DNA of 64,000 nt. Origin: Lytechinus pictus. Taxonomy: Eukaryota. The translations under genes were made by a program, and so were the position numbers. The DNA lies in the NCBI RefSeq assembly GCF_037042905.1, contig NC_087252.1, forward strand, positions 7,442,001-7,506,000, written 5' to 3'. The notes beneath the pieces are model-generated. The model did no database searches, was not told the origin of the DNA, and worked only from the letters and a program-made list of their open reading frames with translations. Position 1 is the stretch's first letter. The number at the start of each line of letters is the position of its first letter. Of the stretch, positions 38,601-52,300 are shown piece after piece.

Positions 38601-39348
38601 AAAACAAGATCACGCACGAAACGGAATCAGTGTGGGTAGCGACCAATAAGAAAATTCATAAACAAAAAATAATGTCTCCGAATAATTCGAAAGAGACGGA
38701 GAAAATATTAATGGCAGGGGGTGGGGGGATACTTGTAGGAAAATATAAATATTGGGTAGACCAGGTTTATTTCCACAAATATTTCCTCCAAAAGTTTCCT
38801 AATGTAAATTATAAGTTTTCTGTCGATCCCACCTTCCTCATCTGAGCATCCCACTCATTTCCACATCGAAATTTGGAATCAATCTGATATATAATAAGCG
38901 CCCCTTCTCCCGACCTGCCTTAATATCTGTCTCTGTTTACCTCACTTTTATCACAAACATTTCATGTTTCCCCTCCCCTATGATCTCTCTGTATAAATTC
39001 ATTTCTATGTATTTATTTTGGGGGAGAAGAACGGAGGGAGGGGGGGGGGGGCGGAGGGACTTCCTTCTTCGATCCTGAATATTAACAAATTTTTAAGTTT
39101 TTTTTTTCGATTTCATTGTATCTTCAACTTTCTTTGACATGTTTCTTCGTCCTGCTTTACGTACGTACCAATGTACCTTCCCTTTCTCCTGCCTTTTTTC
39201 AATCTGCTTCAGTCGAGTCATATCTCAAATTGATTATTATATATATATCAGTACGGTCACTTATCCCTCTCACATACGCCACTCTCCTTATCACTCCCCC
39301 CCCCCCTCCACCTTGTCTCCCACTTATATTCAATTAGTCATTTACTTT

Positions 39349-39403
<55 letters not shown>

Positions 39404-39584
39404 TTTTTTTTTTTTTGGGGGGGGGGGGGAATCCCATCCTTCTGGCAATTTACAAATTTCAGTCTGTTTTCTCTTTACATTGTTGTATACATTATATCTT
39501 CACCCTCTCTTTCTCCTTTTTCTTCCACTTTCCTGTATATATTCTCTCTCTCCTTCTTTCCTACAAGATTCCCCATCCACACTC

Positions 39585-40152
39585 CCCGGGGGGGCCACTT
39601 ACATTGACGAGTGGATACCATGCGCGACCAAAAAAACACGTAAAAAGGATGTCTTTTTCAAGATAAGGCACGTTACGTACATAACGTGTTAAGGGTGTCA
39701 AAAACACAAAAATAATAAAAAAGGGTATCTATTTCGCTAGGAAAGCTACGTCTTTAGGGTCAAATTTGCGGGGATGATTAAAAAAAATTAAAATGTTTTA
39801 TAAAGGATATCCTTTTTGCCCCAACACTACGTGTTTAGAGTCCAATTTGCGCGAGGTGTGGAAGGTGGGGCCGTACTAAACCAAATGGTGTGTAAATGTA
39901 AAACCTACGACCGACGATGTCGGACCCGTTACATAAAAATAAAATATCGCTGTACTTGTTTTTAGGGTCTCATTTCAGGGAATAGATTAGAGTATCGTTT
40001 TGTTTCCAATACTTGTTAAGGGTAGGGTTTCAGACGCCAATACTTGTTAAGGGGTGCATTTTCAGAATATGGAAAATACGTGTTTAGGGTGCTTTTCGAG
40101 ACCCCATGGTCGCGCATGGTATCCACTCGTCAATGGAAGTGGCCCCCCCGGG
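39585..40152. mobile_element. MITE with ~45-bp TIRs and a perfect 8-bp TSD
   Basis: CCACACTC|CCCGGGGGGGCCACTTACATTGACGAGTGGATACCATGCGCGACCA ... TGGTCGCGCATGGTATCCACTCGTCAATGGAAGTGGCCCCCCCGGG|CCACACTC. Confidence 0.92.
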
Positions 40153-40339
40153 CCACACTCCCTCATCCCCTTACGGACACAATTCATTACTTCTCAAATT
40201 CTTTCTCCACTTTCCTGTCACTACCATCCCCCCCCCCACTCTCTTATACTTACCCTCACTATCCCCTACCACTGTCTGTCTCTCTCTCCCTCCCTCTCCC
40301 CCACCCCACCCCCCTCCCCCTCTCTATCATTTAATCCTG

Positions 40340-40609
40340 GGCCCCATCTTACAAAGAGTTGCGATTGATTCGATCAATCGCAACTATGGACGACCAGCAA
40401 CGTCAACATGTATTATTCATGTTTGTTCAAAATATTTTTTAACTATGATGTATATTCATGAATTAATTGTTTTCTTGAAAATTTACTGTGCTTCTCTTTG
40501 TTTACAAAGGACATTGTGCTAATTTCCTATAGAAAAAATTATGACACAGATGGATTTCCATAGAGTTACGATTGATTGGATCGATCGTAACTCTTTGTAA
40601 GACGGGGCC
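40340..40609. mobile_element. Harbinger-like MITE (CTG TSD)
   Basis: CTG|GGCCCCATCTTACAAAGAGTT ... AACTCTTTGTAAGACGGGGCC|CTG. Confidence 0.82.
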
Positions 40610-41301
40610 CTGGACTAACCCTCCTATTTTGGCATCATTATCATCAATACCTTGGTTTCTAACAACAAACCGACACCATAATACCAGTACAGTACATCTG
40701 AAATATTGCATATTTTAAATATTTTGTACATCTCTTCACGATTTGCTACATAATCATTCCTCTTATTACTCAATGAGGAATACATGAATGGAAAACATAA
40801 AAACTAGATGTATACTTCATTAGTGATGACTTTCAAATATGGGGCCATGCCTCAAAATAGCTGGAGAAAAAATACTGAATTATAAATACTTCTATATACA
40901 ACATAATTATGGGGAATATTATCTGACATGATTACAAATAATCGAGTTGTTGACGATGTTGGCTTCACTCGGAGTCAAATGAACAGAGACCAATCATGGG
41001 AAAGAATTGGACTTACTAGTCTTCTGTTAAGAGATAACAGCGATTGGATGATTTCATTTATTTCATACTCTTCATTCTATTGACTATCTAATCTAATCAA
41101 AACTAACAGTAGGCCAATACATCTCTATCCCTATGTTGAATTTGTTAAATTGCACTACATTTATGTTTTTTTTCCCTCAATTTTCACTAAGTGTCCCAAC
41201 AGACCCAAGAGTCCAAAATCTATACAATAAAAAAATACATATTTGAACTACCATATGAATAAAAATAAGCTCATTTGGCCCTTCGGGCCGGATGAGCTAA
41301 C

Positions 41302-42134
41302 AAAACTTGACACCTCACAAATCCCCATTTTAAAGGGAAAATATGTCATGAATGCATATCATTATATATAGCTAGAAAGAGTATCTACTCCCAAATAATT
41401 TTATATCATATTTATATGGTATGTCTCCAGGCTTGAATAATCAGTAGGTATTCTTTGCAGTGATGTAAATTTTGATTTGTGCCAAAGTAAGGCATGAATG
41501 CAATAAATGAACCCAGATGCCATTGATGTCATGATCCTACATGAGTTACTAAACATATTTGCAAATCACATTTCAATGACATCTAGAATTAATACTAAAG
41601 TGTTTACTAAACAATTGTAATGTAAATTATCTAAAAGGTGTTTTGGAATGGAATTTAATGCAGCAGCAGCAGCGTACAAAAGGGAGGGGTTACAGGGGTT
41701 CAAAATCCCCCTTAAATTTTTTTGATACCAAACCCCCCCCCCTAAAAATTTGTTGAAGACCTTTTTTTTTTGCTTGTCAATTTATTTGGGGGTAGGAAAC
41801 AACCTAAAAGTTTTGGTGAAGACCTTATCTTTTTTTTTTGGTTGTCAAAATTTCATTCAGCTTGAACCCCCTACCTTTAAAAATCCTGCGTATGCTAGTG
41901 CGTTGTAGGATCATGACATCACTGACATCTGAATTCATTCATTGGAGTCATTGGCGCATATCAAAATTTACACCACTGAAAAGAATACCTCCTGATCATC
42001 CAAGCATTAACACATACCACATAAATATGGTATCAAATTATTTGGGAGAACATACTCTTTCAGGTCATATATAATAATTATGTGTTCATGATATAATTTT
42101 CCTTAAATTGGTGATTTGAGAGGTGTCAAGTTTT
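41302..42134. mobile_element. Probable TIR element next to a HINE-like terminal hairpin (41268-41298)
   Basis: AAAACTTGACACCTC / GAGGTGTCAAGTTTT. The hairpin AGCTCATTTGGCCC-TTC-GGGCCGGATGAGCT lies immediately to the left. Confidence 0.5.
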
Positions 42135-42419
42135 TTTTACTCACACAGTAGATTGATTGTACAAAAGTCTCTAACGGTGTCACTCAATTTCTAATACATT
42201 GTACCATCATAGTTTGAAAATTCAATACTTCTAGCCTTCCAAAAGAGCCAGAAAACAGCTAAGCTTTAATTATGTTCATCTCAAAATTTCTTACTAACCC
42301 TCTTGGGGAGGTCAATAAAAATGCTGATAAAGAACATAGAGCGCAATCGTTTCTGGAGTTTTTATGAGTTGAAAAACCTATGAGTTGATCAAAGAAAATG
42401 AGCTTGATAATGATCTTTA

Positions 42420-42565
42420 TAATAATGATAATCTGCTTTTATATAGCGCTTAATACAACAGAACGTCTCTATGCGCTTTACAGATATATTATTACCCTGG
42501 TCATTGGATCATGGCATGCCCGCATACAATGTATGCACTTTCTCCATTCCCTGGGGAGCGTTCCA
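42420..42565 (-). mobile_element. 5'-truncated SINE (tail portion, family of 28099-28450)
   Basis: Shares ATATTATTACCC.GGTCATTGGAT and TCCCTGGGGAGC.TTCC with the full copy. Confidence 0.65.
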
Positions 42566-43326
42566 ACAAGCGTTCCAAAATCAATTGCTAAATGTCAGTC
42601 GAGTTGTACATGATTGCTAAAAACATTCAACATTGTGAAAAGATCATTTAACAATTGATTACTGATTCGTTGCTTACCTACAGCATTTAGATTTACAGTC
42701 CAACTAAATTTTGAATTTTGCAAAAAAATAAATAAATACTTCAGGGCTATTACCCTTAGCACTTCATTATTTTTTTCCTCCATGACAAGTATAGCATTGT
42801 AATTCGTAATTAGATTTGTAAGGAAAAGTGGCAAGATAATGCAATTTATTCTGAGTTACACTTTGAAAACAAGATCTTAAAACAGACAAAAACGTCACCC
42901 TGAGCATTTACAAGTCAAAGGAGTAGAATCATGAATACGTGCCTTTCACTCGGAAAAAGTAATGCATATACAATAAAAATCATTTTGTAAATATAAGGGT
43001 GACATCGACTCAATATTCTTTCAGTGTCCAGAAAGAAGGGAATATTCTTCACTTTCTTGATAGTTTCCAACTATATCAAAACAATTTCAAGGAAACATTG
43101 AAAATAGATAGCCATTCCATGGATGTAAAGATATGAAATGCAAACTTTCAGCAACTTTTTCACCCCTGCCGGTTAACCCTAACCACCTGTTTATAGCGTT
43201 TAAAAGTTTTTCAAAATAAGCAAAGAGTCTGGAATAGTTCATATGGGCTGGGCCATAATCCCTGGTGTTCTGGAAATAGACATGCTGGAAATTCCATCAA
43301 CAGTTACTAGAGTTGCAATTTTAAAC

Positions 43327-46300
43327 CTACTTCATATTGCTAGTGTTACTACATAGACTACTATCTTCTTTAACTCTATGCTTGAACATATGATAAGTGT
43401 AATGCTGGTTCAAAGAGAATGTTTTATTACAAATCTCACAAGAGAAGGCCTTCTTTTCTGTATGCAACGCCTTCTTGTGAGCTGTGAGAGCGGCATTTCC
43501 TGTGAATGCTTTCCCACATTCTAGGCAAACATAGGGTCTAATGCCCTTGTGTCGTCTCTCGTGTTTGATGAGATTGGCTTTATCACAGAACCCTTTGTCA
43601 CAGACGGAACAGAAGAACCGCTTCGGCCGTTCCTGATGCATGCGTCTCCTATGCGCAGCAACGGCCTTCTTGACTCGGAACCCTTTGCCGCAGATTTCAC
43701 ACTTGATCGGTTTCAGTCCGGTGTGTTCATCTTGATGGTTGTTCAGCGCGCTCTCCGACGCGAAGGTCCGAGGGCACAGCTTGCAGCGATAGATGCGGTT
43801 CTGCTCGTGGCTATTAATATGGACCAGCATCTTAGCCTCACTGATGAACAGCTTAGGGCAGTAACTGCATTTGTAGGCTGCATCTCCTGTGTGGTGTTCC
43901 CGCTCATGTTCACTGACCTTCTTACGTAAGACGTACCTCTTGGGGCAAAAGCGGCACTTGAAGGGTCGCTGCTGAAGATAGTAGTGAGTGCCTTTACCAA
44001 GCATGTCCTTTGGTTCATCTGGAGATGGTTCTGATGGATGGTGAATCTTGGGAGGTGATTCCTTCGCCTTCGCAGGCGGCGCCTGCTTCTTCGCCGAAGT
44101 CTTGGATGGCTTGAAGCCTTGGTGGGTTTGCTCATGCTTCAGACAATGACCTTTCTTCAGGAACCGTTCAGAGCAGAACCTGCATTGATAGCTATGGGCG
44201 TCCATCTCATGTTTCGCAAGGGCCGCCCTTGTCCTGTACTTCTGGTTGCATTTCTTACACACTTGGAACTTTGGATCGTGTATGATCATGTGATTCGCGA
44301 GAGTCTTTGCATTGGCCTGCCCTTTACCACATACAGGACAGGCATGCTCTTGACAGTCATCGTGGAACACCTCATGGGCTTTCAATCTCCCGCATGAAGG
44401 AAATACCTTCCCACAGGTTCCGCATTTAAACTCTATCACTTTTGCATCCTTAGCTACCTCTTTCGTGTCACTGACTACCTCTTTCTTGTCACTATCCACT
44501 ATCTCTTTTCGGACAGGCTGTTTGGTGTTGACATCCGTTTCTATTGATTTCTTCTTTTTCTTCTTCCATGTGAGTACAGCGATCATCTCATCTGGTTTCC
44601 CAATGGTGTGTTCACATCTTATGTGTCTCAGGATTAGTTTGGTTGATGTGAACAGCTCCTCACACTGGCTGCATTGGAACTTCTGTGAATCTGAAAATGA
44701 GGAGATAATATGACCTTATAAACTTTAAGGATTCTTGTTATTGCCATTACAAACCTGAACAGGCAAGTGCATTGAGAGTTCTCCAAGAATGTGATATAGG
44801 TATACTTTATTTCTAGGACAGAGTTATCTGAGGTTGTCGGTCACAAAAGCATTGTCCTGCCCACCAGTGAATCAATGAAATTAAGATATAAGAAATTATG
44901 TGTCAAAGACTATGAAAAAAATATAATTTTTAGAAGAAAAACAATCAAAGTGATGATTATATCCATTGTAATTGCAATGCTTTAGGTCAGAAAGGAATTA
45001 CCAGAGATTTGTTAGAAAAGAAACCAGTTACCTATCAAAATATCTATGATTGAGCGGGAAGGGTACCACCATACTGTTAAAGAATTCTTCCAACAGGCAT
45101 AGTCTCCTGGCCTGGGGCCTGTTTCATAATAGATTTCCAATAACACTTTTTAAGCTACTGACATAATTTGATTGGTTAATAGTGGACTTGTTATGGGAAT
45201 TGTGCATTTGTTATTGCAACAATTCTTTATAATAATAATAATATGCATTTGTACAGCGCCATCTATCTAGAAACAATCTATTCCGAGGCGCATTGTTGTT
45301 ATTATTATTACCCCGGCCTTAGCTCGAGCTGCCTTTCAGTGCTCGTGCATTCAAGGAATTAATCCCACCGAGTACCCATTCACCTCACCTGGGTAGAGTG
45401 CAGCACAGTGTGGATAAATTTCTTGCTGAAGGAAAACACGCTAAGGCTAGGATTCGAACCTACGACCCTGTTTCAAAGGCGAGAGTCAGAACCACTAGAC
45501 CACGACGCACCCACAATGACATTGGACCCTGAATTTAAAGTCTATCTTGGGGATGACTAGACCAGGAATAGAACCCATGACCTTCCATTTTTAGAGGTGG
45601 GCTCAACCAATTGAGCCAACATGCCAGTTGTGGGATATCATATAACGTTACTGTGCTGATAAAACCTTGTATCTCAAAATAAAAAAAATTTGAAGGCAGC
45701 TTAGAAAAGGCTGTATTCTAAAAATATACCAATGGTGGCAGTCTCCTGATACCTGTGAAGAACTCTTTCGAGGAAAAAAGAAGGTTGCTTCCCATGTTAA
45801 AACTCTAAAATCTAGCTTATTCTGAGCTGTCAACAAAATATTTAAATTTTGAGATAGGCGGTTTTATCAGACCAGCCAAGACAAATTCTTGTTTTATATT
45901 TTAAATCCATTTTTATCTTGTCATACATACCTTGATCAAATTTGAGATCCTGAAACCTCGTCTGAATCCCGACACACTTCTTGTACTCCTCATCATAGAA
46001 AACCTTCAGTTCACTTCCTGGTTGAATTACCTTTGTGCTTCTGAAGTAGATATTGCCATAATGCTGATACGCCTCCATGTTCTGCTCCTCTTCGCTCCTT
46101 GCGCATCTGATGTGTGACATCCAGTTTTTGCGTCCGTCGATGTACAAGAAGACTCCACCTGGATTGCATATCTGTAATCATAGAAAACAAACATATGCCT
46201 GATCATCAAACCAGTTTTAACAATGGTTTTATTTGATTGCCACCAATGATCAAAATCCATCCTGTGATCAATTATTTACAGAGTCGAGATGCTTGGTGTT

Positions 46301-49300
46301 AATCACGGATGGGAACTGTTGACAAAGTAAAGCATGACTATCAGAATTGCTGGAATATATTAAGGACTGGGCTTGAGGAAGATACTACAAATAATAATAA
46401 TAATAATGGATATTTAGAGGTGATAAAAACAAAAAGTACCATAGCGCATACAATGTATGAATAATAATTTAACATTTGCAATAATTACTACAATATTCAA
46501 GATAAAAAGGGAAATTAATTATTGAGGAAAAAGGTATGTCTTAAGGGAAGATTTGAAGCCAAGAACACTGGAAGCATTTCTATTTGAAAGAGGGATAGCA
46601 TTCCAAGTCTTGGCAGCTGCTACAGCAAAACGTTTTTCGGCAGAGGAGAGTTTTGACAAGGGAATGCAAAGTCTGCATGTGTCAGTGATTGAACGAAGAT
46701 TACGAGAGGGTGTGTATAATTTAATGGTATTATTAAGATATTCAAGTGCTAATTGATTTAGAGTTTTGTATACATATAAACAGACTTTAAACTGAATACG
46801 TTGGAATAGAGGTAGCCAGGGGAGTTCCTTAAGTAGGGGTGTAGTATGAGTTCGGGATCCAAAGCCAAAAATTAATCGAGCGGCACGATTCTGAATAACC
46901 TCAAGTTTTCTTCTATCCCTAGCTGACAAAACAGTGTATAAGCTATTGCAGTAATGTAATCGAGAAAGAATAAGTATTCTCATATCTAAGTATTCTCATA
47001 TCATCCAGTCATGACAAGAGCAAAGCGTCTTGTGATGAAATATATAAGTGTACAGTATCTTCCCAAAACCAACTCAAGTCAATGTCATTAATAATTGCAG
47101 CTGTAAAATGTGCCACTATTATTAGTAGCGATTAATATATGCATGTTTGCCTGTCGATACCTCAGATTTAAGGTTATTCATGAATAACAATTTAATCCTG
47201 GCTAAGTACATGTAGTTGTGATCTCAACTATCTAAGGTGTATGTACATTCGCAATCTTGTGCTGGGCTTTGATATTAAATTGAATAAAGAAGCACAATAG
47301 GAAAATGACAGAATTCATGGAGGGGTGTATGGCTAATATGATTCTCAGAAATACAGCTGAGCCCTGGCTGGACCAGTCAGACATATTTTACATTTGGTCA
47401 TTTTCAAACGTGAGTGACACGACAATCGGAGAGGGTTAAGGGCTCATATCTTAAAACTTAAAGGTTATGAATCAATCATGACTACTATATTATATACAAT
47501 GTAGGACTGGCATGGGCCACTAACAGTTTGATTTGAATTCTATAATTTGTTTAGTAGATATGATTGAAAAATGATGCGTGAGTGACACGACAAATTTTGG
47601 ACATGGGTTTCGGACCATTATCACTTATGATTGGATTTGTGCCCAAGTAGCTGTCCAGGAGTACTGCGAGTACCCATACATGTACGTAAATAGTGTACCT
47701 ATCTAGCACATATAGTCAGAATCAATCAAACCTTATCTATGGAAAATGGTGCCCTCCTATATACCGTGAGTGACACGACATCCAAAACGTGAGTGACACG
47801 ACAAGTGCAAAAATACAACATTTATCTCAACAACGAAAGTATTTTTGGCACGATGTACAAGAGTGAAATCCCATCAACCAAAAAACAAGCTTAATTACAT
47901 AACAACTGCCTTCTTCAAGTTGATAATGTGTTATCCTAATGATTTATTCTTGGTTTATGGTCATATTTGCCCATCAACTCACATTCCCTATACCATACCG
48001 CATAATGGTCACACTCGGGCTTCTACCACACTCCTCTTTGGAGGAGGAGGCACTTGAAGGAGGTGTTATGTGGTCTTGGCATTGACATCAACATCAACAT
48101 TCTTTTTGTGGCCTGTTTTCATTCAAAACTTTAAATCTTTCTCCCTATCTATAAATGACAGTTTACGGGTTTACAATTCAGCATCCACAACTGATGGAAT
48201 AATTTTTCCTTGTAAGAAACGTATTCTCAATAGTAACTCGCATCATCTGGCATGGTCTGGTAGCCAATGATGTCATGTATGACTCCTTTTTCTTTAAATA
48301 TTGGATTACAATATTATCCTCCTTAAATATTTTAGGCATTGTCCTAATAGGACATGGCAGCTTCAATGTCCTTTTTTGTACACTGTACCAAACCACAGTT
48401 ACTTGGCTGCACACTTCAGATGGACTATTAGCAAATCCTTGAGAAACTTTATTAGGGATCAAGTTCAACTCATCAAGCATTGGTTTTCTCCTGAACACTG
48501 CTTGTATGTGGACCCCTCCAAAGGCACTGGACCAAAATTCAGAGCTATGATTTTCAGCAGGAATCTTGCAAGCTGCTTTTCATTGCTACATGTAATTATC
48601 ATTATATTTGATAATAAACCAAACCACGGGTAATACATGGAAAGCCACGAGGTGAAAGACGCCCAGTCAGTACCTGATTCTTGCAAAAAGCCACAGCACA
48701 GTCTGTTGGTATTACCTACAACTACAAGTCATTAGCCTTTCCTTTGATGAGCCCTTGGATGTTACACTGAAATTCAATTCAGCATCCTAAACCATCAAAT
48801 ACCTCCATATGGCATAGCTTTTTCCCCCACAAGGTCCAGCTCAATTCTATTAAACCAGGGTACCCCCCAAGAAAAATTGATCTACATGAAAACATGGCAA
48901 CTCACCAAAGTTGCTAAAATGCAAATTCGGTCTTGGTTGGGACTTGTTGGGACCTACATATACAGTACATAATTTACTCTATCAACTTGTTATGTGTAAT
49001 GCAAATCTGCTCTGAACCCACATCGGCCGGCTCACGGTAGTTTGCTGTGCAGACCCTAGTTCATCACTAGTATGAATGGTGGCCGAACAAAGAATGATTT
49101 TGAACCAGGCATGTAGTTACTTCAAGAAATATCCAAAATGCTCTTTTAAATCTCAGTATATTCTCACCTGAGATGTTCTTACAAAAAATTTGTTTATTTC
49201 ATGTCCTCAAATACAAGCTTTGTGGCAAAAAAGGTTAAATTTAATTGATAAGAAGGGAAAGAGTTTTTTCTGATTTTGAAAGAATGTTTGGTGTTCACGG

Positions 49301-52300
49301 AGATCTCTTCATACACTTTTCTACCATTAGAATATTTTATCTATTTCTGCAAATTTCAAAATAAGATCCCTGACCTTGCTAGCTTTAAACCTTTCTTAAT
49401 TAGTAAGACAAAGAAATAACATTCCTAAAAAGATAGGTGAACGTTCTGCTCATTTCTGTAAATGGAGACAGAGAATGTTCAAGTCATACCTAACTAACTT
49501 GAACCATCACCAAATCTTTATGCACTGTAAATATGTTCATTACTATGTATAGTGGTTTTTCTCTTGATATATTCATAATTTTGTGTTGATTATGTTAGTA
49601 TATTCATTTATCTCAGTACATTATTAAAATATGAATTAGGATCTGAGTCTTCACACGAATGGAAAGTTGTCAGGATTTTTGAAACTGAGGAAACCATGGA
49701 GAGGAAAGAAAATAGATGAACTAAATGTCAAATTCAATATTTCCAATGATAGGGGTGAAGTTGGGAAAATGGAAAAAAAATATTAGCCTTACATAGGCCT
49801 AAATGATGTCAGGAACAACATTTTGACTCCATCCCTGAATTTATCTCATAAAATGCTTTAAAAATTATTTGATGTCCTTTTTATACACAATATGAGACCG
49901 TGAGTGACACAACATTTCGTGAGTGACACGACATTGTGAGTGACACGACACAACTTTAACAGTTAATTTCAGCTTAACCTTAACACATTGGACCAAGTTA
50001 CTTTATATAGAATAAGGTATGGGAAAACTGTATTTGCTCCTGTACTGGGATAAATTAATTTTCAGAATACACAGCTCTAGAAAACTTTTTGTCTTTAAAA
50101 CGTGAGTGACACGACAACCAGTTTTGAAAACTTTAAAGATCTACTTTTTTCAAAAAAACACTTCAGATAACATTTTTTTGTTATTAAGGAGTTAGATACA
50201 ATACAGAGCTTGTATCTTGCCAACAATTATGCTTCTAATACAAATGTTATATTGTGATAGGCAATATGTGAATTTTAATGCAAAAAATCAGCATTTTGTA
50301 ACATTAAATTTCCCTTGCACTAAATTCACTGTATTTCAAGACACAATGAATAATTTTATGTAACTGAAATGGAAAAACATACTTTGAGATGTCTAGTTTC
50401 AAAAACCATTTAAGCCTACTGATTTCTAGCAAGTTTTAATTTTCACCCCCATGTCCACTTATGTTTGAAAATGACCATTTGGAAAAAAAACTGCTGAAAA
50501 CTGCTTATCTAATAAAAGAGAGCCAATGGAGTAAATTAGAAAGTCAAAAAGGGGCCTAAGCTTTCGATCCTAGCAAAATCTTTGTCGGAGGCAAAATGAC
50601 AAACATATAAAGTGGAACAACCATAATATAGACCACAAACAAGCTACAGCAACACTAGAAACAAGGAGACAAAAGGGGCATTAGTGAGTAGAGAAGACCA
50701 ATCAGGTTAGTGAAGGGGATGAAAGAAAAGGAGTAGGCAGACACAAAGGGAAGTTAGTGTAAGTAAAAGGCCAATAAAAGACCTCAAGCCAAGAGGGATT
50801 AAGATAATGAGGCAGGCAACATCAAACAGGATCTGGAACAAAACAGTGATAATGGGATGAATAACAAGAGAATTAGTGAGAGGTGAGTCAAACAGGTTAC
50901 AAAGAAAGGCATAATAAACTGGTGCATAAGAGTGGGGGGGAAAAGGAAAAGAATGGGGAACAACTGATAATGTGCAAAAGACATAAGTATATATGATAAA
51001 GCATTAAACAAACTAAGAGAAGGTAAGTGTAAATATGTATCTATAAGTGATATGTATATAAATATATCCAAAAAAGAAATGTATATGAAAAAATATAAAT
51101 ACACATATGGTGTAACTGATATTGTAATCCGCTAGGTGTGACAGGAAAAAAACATAAGACTATATAGTAGGAAAAAAAAAAAAAAACCTGTATACATGTA
51201 TGTGAAAAAGAGGAAGTTAATTGCCTAAAAAGGTAAAAGCAAATATAGAAGAGAGGGGGTGTATTATGAAGAAACCATAGTATACATGTAAATAAGCAAA
51301 TGTGGTAAATCTAAAAGAGGTGAGTGGAGAAAAAAAAAAATATATATATATGTAGTATAGTAATAGGGTGGAGCGAGTTGCTTAGATTTTAGTTGTACAG
51401 ACTGTTTCCCCCTGAGGGTTCATCAGCAACTAAATCAAATTTAATGTTGAACTAAAGTACAGTTAAAGAGAACAATAACTCTAGTGCAGTCAAGCAAACA
51501 AACAAAGGACACAATGTAAGGGGGATAAATGACTACAGTGAACAGGTAATAGCTATTCTTTAAACTGAGTAAGGAGAATTGGGGTAATGTTGGGGTGGAG
51601 TGGGTTTGACACATAAGGGGGGGGGGTGTGTTCTATGGTTAACCATAACCTGAAAGTAAAAATTTCTTCTTGTGTTTACAAGTTGAAATGAGTTCTGTTC
51701 TTGAGTTTATCATTGCTGCTTTCTTGGCCGTGATTATGTGGTACTTCTCCCACAGACACAGGTTGCATCTCTTTGTTTTGGGTGAGTAGGGCTGCGCATG
51801 TCTCACGATTCTCCATTTGACTGAGTAGGGCGTTCCTTCATCCTTCAGTCTCCATATGTACTCGCTGAGCTTAGTTTGGTGCCGTTTCCCCCGATTGGTG
51901 ATGCTTGCTTTGTGGTTAGCGTACCTTGTCTTGAATGGAGTTGATGTGAGCCCGATGTACACTTTCCTGTCCCTAGATGTCACTACCTCGGCTTCATAGA
52001 TGACATTGGTGGCCATGCATTTTCCAGGGATCGGACAGTCTTCTTTCTTTCTGCAGTTGCAGGAGTCCTTGGCTTTGTCTTTGCTAGTGTCTGTAATCTT
52101 GTTGTTGTGAGCTTTTATTGCTGTGGCCATGTTGTCCATGCAGCTATAGCTGACTTTCAGCGTGTTTCTGTTGCAGACCTTGTTGAGCTGATGTTCTTTT
52201 GGGAAGTGCTGTTCCACAAGGGCTAGGAACTTTCTGCCGATGTTCGTCCTAACATGCTTGCTGTAGGGTGGGTTGAACCATGTTATGTTTCGTTTTCTTT

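Noticed and set aside
47845..48900. Intact transposase or host exons within the DNA transposon
   Set aside because: Only short broken frames are present, with no recognisable catalytic motif.
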